Of a stretch of DNA of 64,000 bases, positions 20,349 to 29,767 are shown in pieces. The position numbers and the translations under genes are program-made. The notes under the pieces were generated by a model, which saw nothing but the letters and a program-made list of their open reading frames with translations, made no database searches and was not told the origin of the DNA. The stretch is from a virus (Duplodnaviria; Caudoviricetes), in IMG/VR virus record IMGVR_UViG_3300028045_000013, positions 1,263 to 65,262 of that record; one strand, written 5' to 3'. Positions within the stretch are counted from its first letter, which is position 1. Each line of letters starts with the position of its first letter.

Positions 20349-21056
20349 ATGAATCCTGTATATGATGCCTCTACAGGGGCTTTAGAAGTAACAACAGAAT
20401 CAGTGATATGGGATGATAACTTTATATGGGATGATAGACTCATATGGAGAGATACTATAGAACCTAGTCCTACTGGAGTCACATTAGGATTTGAGGATGG
20501 AGCAGGGATCTATGTAACGCCTTCATTTCCTCTAGGACTAGCAATATATAGGTTACTACCATCTGGACAAGCATGGCCTCCTGAAGAAGAAGATTCTGAT
20601 CTTAGGAAACTAATCTTTGGAATAGCTAGAACAGCAGAAGCTTTTCTAATAGATTTAGATGATATAATGAAACAGTACTACCCCGGAAATATAGGAATAT
20701 TTCTAGAAGACTGGGAAGAAGTTCTAGGTTTAACTAGTATTGTAATAGAACTGCAACTGACCTATGAAGCCAGAGTGAATGTAGTAAAAGCCATGTTTAA
20801 TGTATCCGAATATAGCACTGGAGAATTCTTAGAAGTTATAGCTGCTATTTTTGGATATGATATTACAGTTACACATGATCCTGTAACAGATCCTTTTGAA
20901 ATAGTAATAACAATGAATGATGTAGATGATCCAGTATATAGAACAGGACGTTCAAGAGCAGGGGATAGATTAGGAGAAAGTGGAGCTAGTGATCTATTGG
21001 AATCTATACTAGAAAGATTTAGACAGGAACACACATATTTTGTGTTCATAACATAA
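20349..21056 (+). CDS. Mu gp48/YmfQ-like (DUF2313) baseplate protein with N-terminal WDD-repeat extension
   Basis: LLP.G.AW, L.DWE..LGL, R.G.SRAGDRL. Confidence 0.85.
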   Translation: MNPVYDASTGALEVTTESVIWDDNFIWDDRLIWRDTIEPSPTGVTLGFEDGAGIYVTPSFPLGLAIYRLLPSGQAWPPEEEDSDLRKLIFGIARTAEAFLIDLDDIMKQYYPGNIGIFLEDWEEVLGLTSIVIELQLTYEARVNVVKAMFNVSEYSTGEFLEVIAAIFGYDITVTHDPVTDPFEIVITMNDVDDPVYRTGRSRAGDRLGESGASDLLESILERFRQEHTYFVFIT

Positions 21057-21069
21057 AAAGGCGTTTGTA

Positions 21070-22245
21070 ATGAAAACAACCTTAGAGGTACATGTTGCTT
21101 TCAAGAACCAAAGAGGAAGCAAACTAGAAATGCCCAACCTGATTAATGATGGTGGGTTGGATATGCTAGCTGATGATTATGTAGCTAACATATTTAAGTA
21201 TATACAAACAGGGGATGGAACTAGGATAAATAAACGTACATCTACTACAACCTATATTTATGTGAATAGTAGCAGTATCGTAGAAGCTACAGCGGATTTC
21301 TTTTTAGAAGCAGATGTAGGAAGAGTATTACGTTATGGGATAGCACAAGAGTATATGGGTGAGATAGAAGCTTATATCAATCCTAAGCGTGTTAGAATCA
21401 AGAGACTGCATGATGATAGTGTCATTTTAGGTAAACCATCATACCCGCAGGTTCTATACGTAGAAGAAACCGATCTAGATAACCCTCTGGATATCACAAG
21501 TATATGTGAAGCCAATGAGAATGGCAGTACAGTTGAAACAGATCCTTCTAATCTAGAGTACATACTCATAAAAGATAAACGTACATTTGATTTAGGAACT
21601 GTAGCTGGTTCAGCTTTTACAAGGACTGAGTTTGGTTGGGGGCCTACTAATTCTATAGGAAGTGATGTTTTTGGAAGGATCTATTATCCAGCAGGAGTAA
21701 CATGGAATATAGGAGAGGATGTACTTATTGAAGTTACTGTTATTAGGAAGTTTAATACTAGTGACTTCAATGGTAAGAGAAGTCCTATAGCTGGGATCGA
21801 TGCTTATTGTGGTTATAGTTGTTTATTGAATTATACAGACATCCAATCTACTGCTTTTAGATCTACAATACAAGCTACTGATGGGGCTTCAGTAATAGGA
21901 GCAGATGCAGACAGTTCTATGTTTGAAGGAGTCTTAACAGATGGAGTAGGAAAATTTATACTATCTGAAGACAGTACTTCACTACTTCTAGAAAACTCCA
22001 CACAAAATGGAGGGAGAAGCTTAACAGCAGACTGGACTACTCTACCATATCGTGCAGGTACATTTGAGAAAAGACTTTTAGTTACTACTGAAGTGGATAC
22101 TGGATGGCGTTCTAAAAAGTGGCGTAGTATTTTAATACTCGTAGGAGATACCTATGTACAGTATAAGTTACTATGGAATTCTAATGTAGTCTTTAATGGT
22201 GTTTTGGAAAATATCTCATTTCTAGTAAAATGGGGAAGGGGATAA
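21070..22245 (+). CDS. Putative baseplate or tail-fibre attachment protein
   Basis: NLI.D.GLD..A...GDGT and EFGWG...FGRI patterns; lies between gp48 and the fibres. Confidence 0.5.
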   Translation: MKTTLEVHVAFKNQRGSKLEMPNLINDGGLDMLADDYVANIFKYIQTGDGTRINKRTSTTTYIYVNSSSIVEATADFFLEADVGRVLRYGIAQEYMGEIEAYINPKRVRIKRLHDDSVILGKPSYPQVLYVEETDLDNPLDITSICEANENGSTVETDPSNLEYILIKDKRTFDLGTVAGSAFTRTEFGWGPTNSIGSDVFGRIYYPAGVTWNIGEDVLIEVTVIRKFNTSDFNGKRSPIAGIDAYCGYSCLLNYTDIQSTAFRSTIQATDGASVIGADADSSMFEGVLTDGVGKFILSEDSTSLLLENSTQNGGRSLTADWTTLPYRAGTFEKRLLVTTEVDTGWRSKKWRSILILVGDTYVQYKLLWNSNVVFNGVLENISFLVKWGRG

Positions 22246-22246
22246 A

Positions 22247-22924
22247 ATGTATTGGATAGACACAAGTGATGCTGTAAGTGTAGAACCTGCAAAAATCCCT
22301 ACACAATCTACAGAAATGAAATATCACGAATCTACAGCGGGAACACTGAGGACAGTGACACCAGCATGGGTTCTTAATTCTATACAGAAGGAACTACTAG
22401 GAATAGTAAGGGCAGGCTTACTAACTCCTGACAAAGCAGATGACACTCAAGTTGGAGATGCACTAGTAGCTTATACAACACTTCGAATAGGAGAGCTGCA
22501 AGCTTTGTACAAAGTGCCTCAGTATATCATACGTCCTTTTAGAAACTTCACAGCTTTTGATGCTCCAGATCCAGTTGGGATGGAGTACTATCCTTCTTAT
22601 GGTTCTATATATAGACCTAAGATGTTGCAACCTTTAGCTAATGCAGATGGGGAATACGCTACTTTAAATATAAGAGTAGTGAATGCAGTTACTAGGAGAA
22701 TCACAGTAACAGTAACAGGAGGGAGTTATGTTGTTGTTGCTATCTTTATGAATGGGTATGTAAGGCAAATAGCGGACACCACTGTTACTTTTGATATTCA
22801 CTTTCCTGTAGGAGACCACCAGTTAAAAATAGTAGAGCAGACTTACAGTTATGGATATGATTACAGTTATCACTTTATTCCAGAAGTTCCCATTATAGAT
22901 AATGTTAATATTTTTGCTAGGTAA
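22247..22924 (+). CDS. Tail fibre protein 1 (Mu gpS-like N-terminal anchor)
   Basis: MYWIDT...W.LNSIQKELL....AG..PDKADDTQV. Confidence 0.75.
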   Translation: MYWIDTSDAVSVEPAKIPTQSTEMKYHESTAGTLRTVTPAWVLNSIQKELLGIVRAGLLTPDKADDTQVGDALVAYTTLRIGELQALYKVPQYIIRPFRNFTAFDAPDPVGMEYYPSYGSIYRPKMLQPLANADGEYATLNIRVVNAVTRRITVTVTGGSYVVVAIFMNGYVRQIADTTVTFDIHFPVGDHQLKIVEQTYSYGYDYSYHFIPEVPIIDNVNIFAR

Positions 22925-22941
22925 GAAAGGAGATTTTTAAA

Positions 22942-23607
22942 ATGTATTGGATAGACACAGCTTCCGCTACAACACCAGAACCTACAAGACCAGCTGTAGT
23001 ATCAGGAACTGAAAAGTTTTTTACAGACTCTGGAACAGGTACTATACTACCTGATTGGTGGCTTAACATGCTACAAAAAGAATTACTTAATGTCCTAACA
23101 GAAGGTGGTGTAACTCCTGATAAAGCAGATGACACCCAAGTAATAACCGCCATAAATAATATAATAACAGCTGGGATAACAGCAGACTCTGAACTTTATA
23201 GATCTCCTTACTATACTATACAAGGAACTTCAAGTGTAAGTACTACACCAGTACCAGCTGACTTTTCATCAGAATCAGTTTCAGACTATGCCTTTTCTTA
23301 TGGAGCTTTCTATGAAGCTAATGGGACACAAGTAGGAACACATACAATGTATAGTATGACCTTAGATATTACTACTGGGATTACTATAACTTATGACTAC
23401 AATGCAGATGATACTATGTATATCTATGTAGATGGGGTTTTAGAGAAAACACATTCAGGAAGTGGGTCTGATAGTGTTTCTATTATAGCAGGAAGTACAA
23501 GGCTATTACAGATAATAAGAAAGACAGCTAGCGGAACTGCTTATGTTGTCTTTGATCCAGATGCTGTTATAGTAGATCAGACAAATGTATTTTTTGTAAC
23601 CCCATAA
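22942..23607 (+). CDS. Tail fibre protein 2, paralogous N-terminus with a different C-terminal domain
   Basis: MYWIDT...WLNMLQKELL...G.TPDKADDTQV; C-terminal ADD..YIYVDG (PA14-like). Confidence 0.75.
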   Translation: MYWIDTASATTPEPTRPAVVSGTEKFFTDSGTGTILPDWWLNMLQKELLNVLTEGGVTPDKADDTQVITAINNIITAGITADSELYRSPYYTIQGTSSVSTTPVPADFSSESVSDYAFSYGAFYEANGTQVGTHTMYSMTLDITTGITITYDYNADDTMYIYVDGVLEKTHSGSGSDSVSIIAGSTRLLQIIRKTASGTAYVVFDPDAVIVDQTNVFFVTP

Positions 23608-23632
23608 GAAAAGTAAGAAAAAGGAACTAGAT

Positions 23633-24061
23633 ATGAAAGGCAGAAAAATCAAACCTGTAGAAGTAGGCTACATAACATCAGCATTTGGGATAGTAGCTAC
23701 CACAAGTTTTGCAGGAGCGTTGTTAAGTGATGATGGATTAGCAGTACAGAAAGAATTAGCAAAAGGGGATAGTCAAACTATTCTTTCTATATTTACTGTA
23801 CTTCTCATTTGTTGTAGTATTCTCCTCTTCCGTCAATTAATGAAAACCATCACAGAGAATAAACAGGAAAGAGATGTTAGGGAAGCAAAGTACTATGCTG
23901 CACTAGAAGAGATGAGAGTAACACTACAAGCTAATGGGACACTGGTACGAGAAACAGCACAAGCATTTAGAGTATTTACAGATAAAATGGATGATGTATC
24001 TAAAGAGATGCAGAAATGCCATGACAGTCAAATTAAAATGAATGCTTTAAGTAAGATATAA
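23633..24061 (+). CDS. Membrane protein, holin-like
   Basis: Two hydrophobic segments followed by a coiled coil. Confidence 0.45.
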   Translation: MKGRKIKPVEVGYITSAFGIVATTSFAGALLSDDGLAVQKELAKGDSQTILSIFTVLLICCSILLFRQLMKTITENKQERDVREAKYYAALEEMRVTLQANGTLVRETAQAFRVFTDKMDDVSKEMQKCHDSQIKMNALSKI

Positions 24062-24081
24062 TATAAAAATGGAGAAGGATT

Positions 24082-25035
24082 ATGGCAGTAGTAGTAATAG
24101 CAGATGGAATTGATTTCGCTACACATAGAGGTTTACTGAACTCCAACTTTGATGATTTAGAAGTACGAGCTCCTGAATATATAGCAATTACAAATGCATG
24201 GATCATGGGGGATAAGACAGGGAATGCTAGAGGTTCGGATTCTATAGATATACAAGCTAGTAGAACAGCTGACACTCAAGTAGCTAGTGGTGATGATACT
24301 ATCTGTTTTGGTAAGAATAATACAGGTGTAGGAGATAATGGTGTTCTAATAGGGGAGGGAAATACAAGTAGTAGCTCCTCTAATATTATAAGTGTAGGAA
24401 TAGACAATACTATAGCAGGATTATCTAGTATATGTCTTGGAAAAGATAATGTATTAAGTCAAACTGGAATTAATATAGGAAGGGACAATAATTTAGAGGC
24501 ATATAATAATATAGCACTGGGACGTAGTTTAAATGCGGAACCATTGTCTAGTAATTCTATACTTATAGGAAGTAATATCAATCTAGATGATGATGTGTCA
24601 GCTTCCTCTAGTTGTGTGTGTATAGGATCTACCATATCAGTGGATGGAGGAACAAATAATGTCCTTGGTAATGGGAACACGGTTATAGGTGGTGGGAATA
24701 CGGTTGTAGGGAAGTCAATAGATGCTACATGTGGGTTATCCTATCTCTTTGGAGGTAGTATAAATAACACGGTTAGTAGTGTTATGGAACTTGGGATGTG
24801 GGGCACTAGTACTAGATCAGCTGCTATACGAATTCATAAGGTTGATGGAACAGTGTCTTTGTCTATAGAGGATAATGCTACAGCTCCTACAGATGGAGGA
24901 GCTACAGATGGATCTGAAGCAGATGGAACTTTAATGCGTGGGGGTTATGTTATTCGTAGAGATGGGGATGATCTCTATATAGACCTTAATATAGCAGGCA
25001 CTATAAAAACACTTTCACTAGGAACAGCTACATAA
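24082..25035 (+). CDS. Fibre/adhesin with YadA-head-like beta-roll repeats
   Basis: About 14-aa repeats of the form (I/V)x(F/I/L)G..N. Confidence 0.7.
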   Translation: MAVVVIADGIDFATHRGLLNSNFDDLEVRAPEYIAITNAWIMGDKTGNARGSDSIDIQASRTADTQVASGDDTICFGKNNTGVGDNGVLIGEGNTSSSSSNIISVGIDNTIAGLSSICLGKDNVLSQTGINIGRDNNLEAYNNIALGRSLNAEPLSSNSILIGSNINLDDDVSASSSCVCIGSTISVDGGTNNVLGNGNTVIGGGNTVVGKSIDATCGLSYLFGGSINNTVSSVMELGMWGTSTRSAAIRIHKVDGTVSLSIEDNATAPTDGGATDGSEADGTLMRGGYVIRRDGDDLYIDLNIAGTIKTLSLGTAT

Positions 25036-25085
25036 TAGAACTTTTCGTGGGTGTATTTATTTCTATTTAAAAAGGAGATATAAAA

Positions 25086-26318
25086 ATGTTTTATAAAGGA
25101 ACAGTAGGGAATGGTACAACCCACTTAGGAACTGTACATGACGGTACTGTAGATAGTGGATTAACTCCATCTCCACCAGAAGGTATGCTACAATGGTTAT
25201 ATGAATTAACTTCTCCAGAAGTACTAGATAAAACAATCAATCTATTGCTGGCAGATTTGGTAGAAAGTAATGGGGTCACGTTTGATGGACTTGGGGATTA
25301 CATTACTACTGGAAAGAGCAATGCTTTTAATGGTGACTTTAGTTTTTCAGGTTGGATAAAAATAAATGAGAGTTCCTCTCAGTCTTTGATCTTAGGTAAT
25401 GGTGGGAATGGAATTCGAATCAATGCTAATAAACTATCCATTCGTTTAGGGGGTTTAGATTATATCCATACACAGGTACTTACTATAGGCACTTGGTATT
25501 CTACGTCTATTAACAGGGTAGGGACTGCTATAACTATAACCGTAGCAACCGTAGCAGAAGTATTTGTGAATCCTGGAATAGATAGTTTATCAGCTGCAAT
25601 AGAATTAGCTTCTAGTACTGATGCAAGAACGAAGTCTATAAGTATGTGTTGTATATATTATAGTGATACTGTTTGGACGGCTATGTGGCCTATGGCAGAA
25701 GGAGTGGCAAGTGGTAAAGTGTACGATACTTCTGGAAATGGGAATGATGGTGTAATTACTACCGGGACTGGAGGACTAGCTGCTTTCTGGGGATTACAAG
25801 ATGTATTCCATAATAATTTACTTGATGGTTTTAGTTTATATGAACATGCTACACTAGAGCCTTTATATATTCCTTATGATGTGAATGGAACTCCTCTAGT
25901 AATAACACCTCCTTCTGGATATACAAAAACCTCAGACAACCCACCTGCTATAGTACATAATGGAGCAGAAACTAAGATCCAGCAGAAAGCAGCTAATACA
26001 GAGTTTATAACAAATGAGTTTTGGAGTGCAGATGGGATCACTTATGATAAGAAAACCTTTAGTAATTTAATTAACCATATAAACTTTGATGATAATGTTT
26101 TTGTAACTGCTCCTAGTGCTTCTTCCATAACTAATATCATAACTTATCCAATAGATAGGGAATGGACTTATAATGATTATGTACGATTCATAGTCTGGCT
26201 TTCTGTATTTAATAGTATTATAGAAAATGCCATAGTGTATCCAGTATTAAGTGGAGGATTAGAAGATGGAACCAAATATAATTACGATGCAGAGCATGTG
26301 TATTTAGTAAAGGAGTAA
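25086..26318 (+). CDS. LamG/concanavalin A-like lectin virion protein
   Basis: FDG.GDYI, FSFSGWIK, G.WY, W.M.EG...VYD.SGNGNDG. Confidence 0.8.
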   Translation: MFYKGTVGNGTTHLGTVHDGTVDSGLTPSPPEGMLQWLYELTSPEVLDKTINLLLADLVESNGVTFDGLGDYITTGKSNAFNGDFSFSGWIKINESSSQSLILGNGGNGIRINANKLSIRLGGLDYIHTQVLTIGTWYSTSINRVGTAITITVATVAEVFVNPGIDSLSAAIELASSTDARTKSISMCCIYYSDTVWTAMWPMAEGVASGKVYDTSGNGNDGVITTGTGGLAAFWGLQDVFHNNLLDGFSLYEHATLEPLYIPYDVNGTPLVITPPSGYTKTSDNPPAIVHNGAETKIQQKAANTEFITNEFWSADGITYDKKTFSNLINHINFDDNVFVTAPSASSITNIITYPIDREWTYNDYVRFIVWLSVFNSIIENAIVYPVLSGGLEDGTKYNYDAEHVYLVKE

Positions 26319-26323
26319 TTAGA

Positions 26324-26830
26324 ATGTCAACCTTATTTACAAAAGCAGAAGTAGATTATGCTGTAGGAAAAGGAATAAAAACTCCTTGGGAAACATGCTC
26401 AGATAGTGAATATGACACTGGTAGTAGACAAGCTGTTTCCGCTGCTACAGAATATGCATTTGAGAATGACTGTGCAGCCTATAACGAACAGAACTTCCCC
26501 GCTGGGATAACAAAGATGTGGAATGCTACAACTAATAAGATAGAACTGGAGGATTTCTTAAACAACCCTTCTTTTCTAGTTAGAGTACAGTTCATGTTTG
26601 AACCTACAGTAGCATCAGCGGGACATATGGATGTTTCTATACAACCAGATAATGTGTCACCAGATTTTGTAAATGTTATTACAATACCATATAAAGCTAC
26701 TGAAACAAAAGTTGAGGTTTTATTCTCTATATACTTAGGAGCACAGGCTAAAACAGATGGTCTTAAAATCACATATACCCCATCTTCTGCTGGAGAAGTT
26801 TGGGATAGGGATTTATTTATTACAAATTAA
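26324..26830 (+). CDS. Putative virion jelly-roll protein
   Basis: Beta-rich; N-terminus MSTLFTKAEVD shared with the next gene. Confidence 0.5.
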   Translation: MSTLFTKAEVDYAVGKGIKTPWETCSDSEYDTGSRQAVSAATEYAFENDCAAYNEQNFPAGITKMWNATTNKIELEDFLNNPSFLVRVQFMFEPTVASAGHMDVSIQPDNVSPDFVNVITIPYKATETKVEVLFSIYLGAQAKTDGLKITYTPSSAGEVWDRDLFITN

Positions 26831-26844
26831 AAGGAGTATAATAT

Positions 26845-27348
26845 ATGACCACACTATTTGAGAAAAGTGAAGTAGATAAAACTGTAGAAGGGATCTTTGG
26901 GGGGATGCATATGCATAATGCCTCTGCTTCTGCCCAATCAATTCCTACAGGAGCTGCATATACAGCGGTAACAGCATATACAGATACAGATGCTACTAAT
27001 ATGGGGAATGGTGTAGCTTATGATAATACTACTAAAGAGTTAGTGTTTACTGAACCGGGATACTTTGTTATTATAGGTGGGGTTAGTTTTACAGGAACTG
27101 GAGTTAATAAGGAGTGGTTCCTAGCTGCCTTCCTTGATGGAGTAGAAAGAGATGACATACACTTTCAACGTAAGATTTCTACAGGAGGAGATATAGGAAG
27201 CGCTCCACTTGCCGGGATCATTACTATTACTAGCACTACTCCAGTAAGATTGAGTATTAGAGCTAGACACAATGATGGAGGAGCTTTGGATTTGACTGTT
27301 ACTTATTCTAACATCATAGCATTTAAGATAGGAACATACCAAGCCTAA
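26845..27348 (+). CDS. Putative C1q/TNF-like virion protein
   Basis: L.FTEPGYF.I.G.VSF pattern; N-terminus MTTLFEKSEVD. Confidence 0.55.
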   Translation: MTTLFEKSEVDKTVEGIFGGMHMHNASASAQSIPTGAAYTAVTAYTDTDATNMGNGVAYDNTTKELVFTEPGYFVIIGGVSFTGTGVNKEWFLAAFLDGVERDDIHFQRKISTGGDIGSAPLAGIITITSTTPVRLSIRARHNDGGALDLTVTYSNIIAFKIGTYQA

Positions 27349-27428
27349 TATAACTAGACTTCTCATTAGGAGTTATCCTTTAGCTATAAAGAAAGTAGGA
27401 ACTTAATAAATAACCAAAAGGAAAGAGA

Positions 27429-27629
27429 ATGAAAAAAATAACACTAGGCACTATAGTTCTATTAGTATTGTCAGGTTGTACCATGTTCATGGGAACCCCA
27501 GAAATAGTAAATGTAGTCCACCAAGTTCAATATAGAGCTGCCAGTTCTCTAGATGGTGATGTAAATTATAATTCAGAAGGTGGTGGAGAACTAGAATCTG
27601 ATGTTCAGGTTGCTCCTCTTGGGAACTAA
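27429..27629 (+). CDS. Small lipoprotein (possible spanin or lysis accessory)
   Basis: MKK, hydrophobic core, lipobox LSGC. Confidence 0.7.
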   Translation: MKKITLGTIVLLVLSGCTMFMGTPEIVNVVHQVQYRAASSLDGDVNYNSEGGGELESDVQVAPLGN

Positions 27630-27631
27630 AA

Positions 27632-28129
27632 ATGCAAGTATACCTTTTAGGTTATAAAGGTATAGGGACAGGTGCTTCTGTAATTAAATGGTTTGGTCAT
27701 GGAAGTTATAGCCATGTCTCTTTACTATTTATAGAGAAAGTATCTCACTATGCTGAAGAGTGGCAGTCCATACAAGGTGAAGGGGTTTACGGAAGATCCT
27801 TTGAATATACTAGAGATAGATATGTACATGACTTTGATATATTTAAACCTATCGGTACTCATAACGTAGAAGCGATTTTAGATGAGGCTATAGCTTTAGA
27901 TGGGACAAAGTATGATTGGGGAGGAATATGGGGTTTCTTTGTACGAAAGAAACGCGAGAATCCTAACAAGTGGTTCTGTAGTGAATATACAGCTCATTGT
28001 TTTCAGAATGGAGGGTTTGAAATAATGAGATTGCCACACTATAAGCAGTTCCCAATTATACAATGCTCATCTTTAGTTTTTAATAAAATGACAGAAGAAG
28101 AAATAGGAGAAGAAATATGTTTTTGCTAG
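27632..28129 (+). CDS. Permuted papain-like NlpC/P60 amidase (YiiX/YebB-like)
   Basis: YSHV...G.KYDW.G...KWFCSE with His before the catalytic Cys. Confidence 0.85.
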   Translation: MQVYLLGYKGIGTGASVIKWFGHGSYSHVSLLFIEKVSHYAEEWQSIQGEGVYGRSFEYTRDRYVHDFDIFKPIGTHNVEAILDEAIALDGTKYDWGGIWGFFVRKKRENPNKWFCSEYTAHCFQNGGFEIMRLPHYKQFPIIQCSSLVFNKMTEEEIGEEICFC

Positions 28130-28410
28130 AGGATCAAGCAACAGATACTACATCTGGGGATTTACTAAATTGTAAAGGAGGAACATATGTTCTTCAAGCA
28201 GCTGGGACTTTTGATGGAGCTACTATCACATTAGTAGGTTCTTTAGGGGGACTTCCATTTACCACATTGACTGATTTTAATGGAACAGATGTTACTATCA
28301 CAGAAGCTGGATGGCGTTACGTTGTAGCTGCTAAACATGGCTTACGTATTAGAGCAGATGTTTCAGATGCTGGAGGAAGTACAAGTGTTTCTCTAGTAGC
28401 TGTAGTATAA
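28117..28410 (+). CDS. Small beta-rich virion protein
   Basis: GTFDGATITL..S..G pattern; last gene of the late operon. Confidence 0.55.
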   Translation: MFLLEDQATDTTSGDLLNCKGGTYVLQAAGTFDGATITLVGSLGGLPFTTLTDFNGTDVTITEAGWRYVVAAKHGLRIRADVSDAGGSTSVSLVAVV

Positions 28411-28423
28411 ATGATTTTCCTAG

Positions 28424-28455
28424 TAGCCTAGTTTTTTGTCCTTTTTACTAGGTTA
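28424..28455 (+). ncRNA. Hairpin with anti-SD loop in the late-operon 3' UTR (candidate sRNA element)
   Basis: Stem TAGCCTAGT/ACTAGGTTA (the G-U pair favours the plus strand); loop TTTTTGTCCTTTTT. Confidence 0.4.
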
Positions 28456-28468
28456 GTTATTAGGAGAT

Positions 28469-28516
28469 AAAAAAAATAACCCTACACTAGAAATTAATCT
28501 GGTGTAGGGTTTCTTT
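28469..28516. terminator. Bidirectional rho-independent terminator between the convergent genome halves
   Basis: A tract, AACCCTACACTAGA/TCTGGTGTAGGGTT stem, then T tract. Confidence 0.85.
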
Positions 28517-28534
28517 GTGTCTACAGATATGGAA

Positions 28535-28927
28535 TTACATAGCATTCCGTAATTTATTAACTAGTAGTTCTGCGTCATTAGGAGCCATAGCCATTGATAA
28601 AAGGAGTTCTTTTAACCTCCTTTCTGATAAAACCTCATCCTTTGCTATAAGCCTATTCTCAGATTCAGGAATAGGTTTGGTTTTCGATACATCTATTACC
28701 TCCTCTCCTATCTTAATTGAGGTAATAGGACTATCAGAACCTCTATCCCAGACTTCCTGTGGTGTTTCTCCTAACTTCTTCTCCTTAGTTATCGAAACCG
28801 CAATAGAACAGAGAGTTAGTAGATTACCATATCTAAGTTTGTGTTCAATCTCTTCTATATTTTTAGTGTAGAATTCTAACGCCTTTCCATTCTCTATAGT
28901 TAATTCAATCTTCAACTTTTCATTCAC
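28535..28927 (-). CDS. Hypothetical protein
   Basis: Coupled to the upstream gene; last gene before the terminator. Confidence 0.7.
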   Translation of the reverse strand: MNEKLKIELTIENGKALEFYTKNIEEIEHKLRYGNLLTLCSIAVSITKEKKLGETPQEVWDRGSDSPITSIKIGEEVIDVSKTKPIPESENRLIAKDEVLSERRLKELLLSMAMAPNDAELLVNKLRNAM

Positions 28928-29154
28928 TAAGAACCTTCCTCCTCTTCATCGACAGTAGCAAGAGTAAATGATAGTAGTTTCCAGTAGATGTAGTTTCTAA
29001 ATAAACCTACACCATTATTATGCTTGTCTCTAAAAATCACCTCATCTCCATTAGCTTCTATAGTCTCACATTTGATTTCATGTGTATTACCTAGAGAATC
29101 CATTACTTCATATACAACGTCGAATTTGTTTTCTTTTAGATTATTACGTGCCAT
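28927..29154 (-). CDS. Hypothetical protein
   Basis: ORF with RBS within the operon. Confidence 0.7.
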   Translation of the reverse strand: MARNNLKENKFDVVYEVMDSLGNTHEIKCETIEANGDEVIFRDKHNNGVGLFRNYIYWKLLSFTLATVDEEEEGS

Positions 29155-29158
29155 AAGA

Positions 29159-29767
29159 TTAAAGTTCCTCTTCTTTAGGTGGTTGTGGTTTACTTGAAGC
29201 TACTAAAGTATGACTTGCATCATCTGTACTTCCATGTCCACCAGAACCTCTAACACTAGGATACTGTTTCTCTAGATCAATCTCATCTTTAGTATATAGT
29301 ACTATAGCATTGATTCCTTTCCCATCAAAAGGAACTACTTGGAAGTATCTTTCCAATCTTTCAAATATACTACATTCCTGATGGAAGCTCAACATAGCAG
29401 CTTTCACTTCCCCTCTATATCCAGCATCTATAATCCCTACACTATTAGCAAGAATAGCCTTTGTCTTTTTAAAGGTAGAAGATCTAGGAACAAACATCCA
29501 CGAGATAGGTGTATAATATTCTAAGGGTTGTCCTTGATGACCTTCAACCACAAGGATTCTACAATAGGTAGGAACCAGCATGAAAGCAGGAGTACTTCTA
29601 ACATCTGAAGTAGAAGCAGATTTAGGCATGACAATATCTAGTCCAGCATCTCCTTCACATTTGTTTTCGGCAAGTAAGCTATAAGACTGGTGTAACATAC
29701 TCCATGCATCTTTATCCAGCTCTATAGTAGGTTGTACAATCATCACTCGTATTAGGTTACTTCTCAT
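29159..29767 (-). CDS. dut: Trimeric dUTPase
   Basis: Motifs GDAGLD, PRSS, NSVGIIDAGYRGE, RYFQ and RGSGGHGST. Confidence 0.95.
   Translation of the reverse strand: MRSNLIRVMIVQPTIELDKDAWSMLHQSYSLLAENKCEGDAGLDIVMPKSASTSDVRSTPAFMLVPTYCRILVVEGHQGQPLEYYTPISWMFVPRSSTFKKTKAILANSVGIIDAGYRGEVKAAMLSFHQECSIFERLERYFQVVPFDGKGINAIVLYTKDEIDLEKQYPSVRGSGGHGSTDDASHTLVASSKPQPPKEEEL

Noticed and set aside
22247-23607. Invertible tail-fibre cassette (Mu Gin type)
   Set aside because: The paralogs are in direct orientation; no inverted crossover sites or invertase seen.
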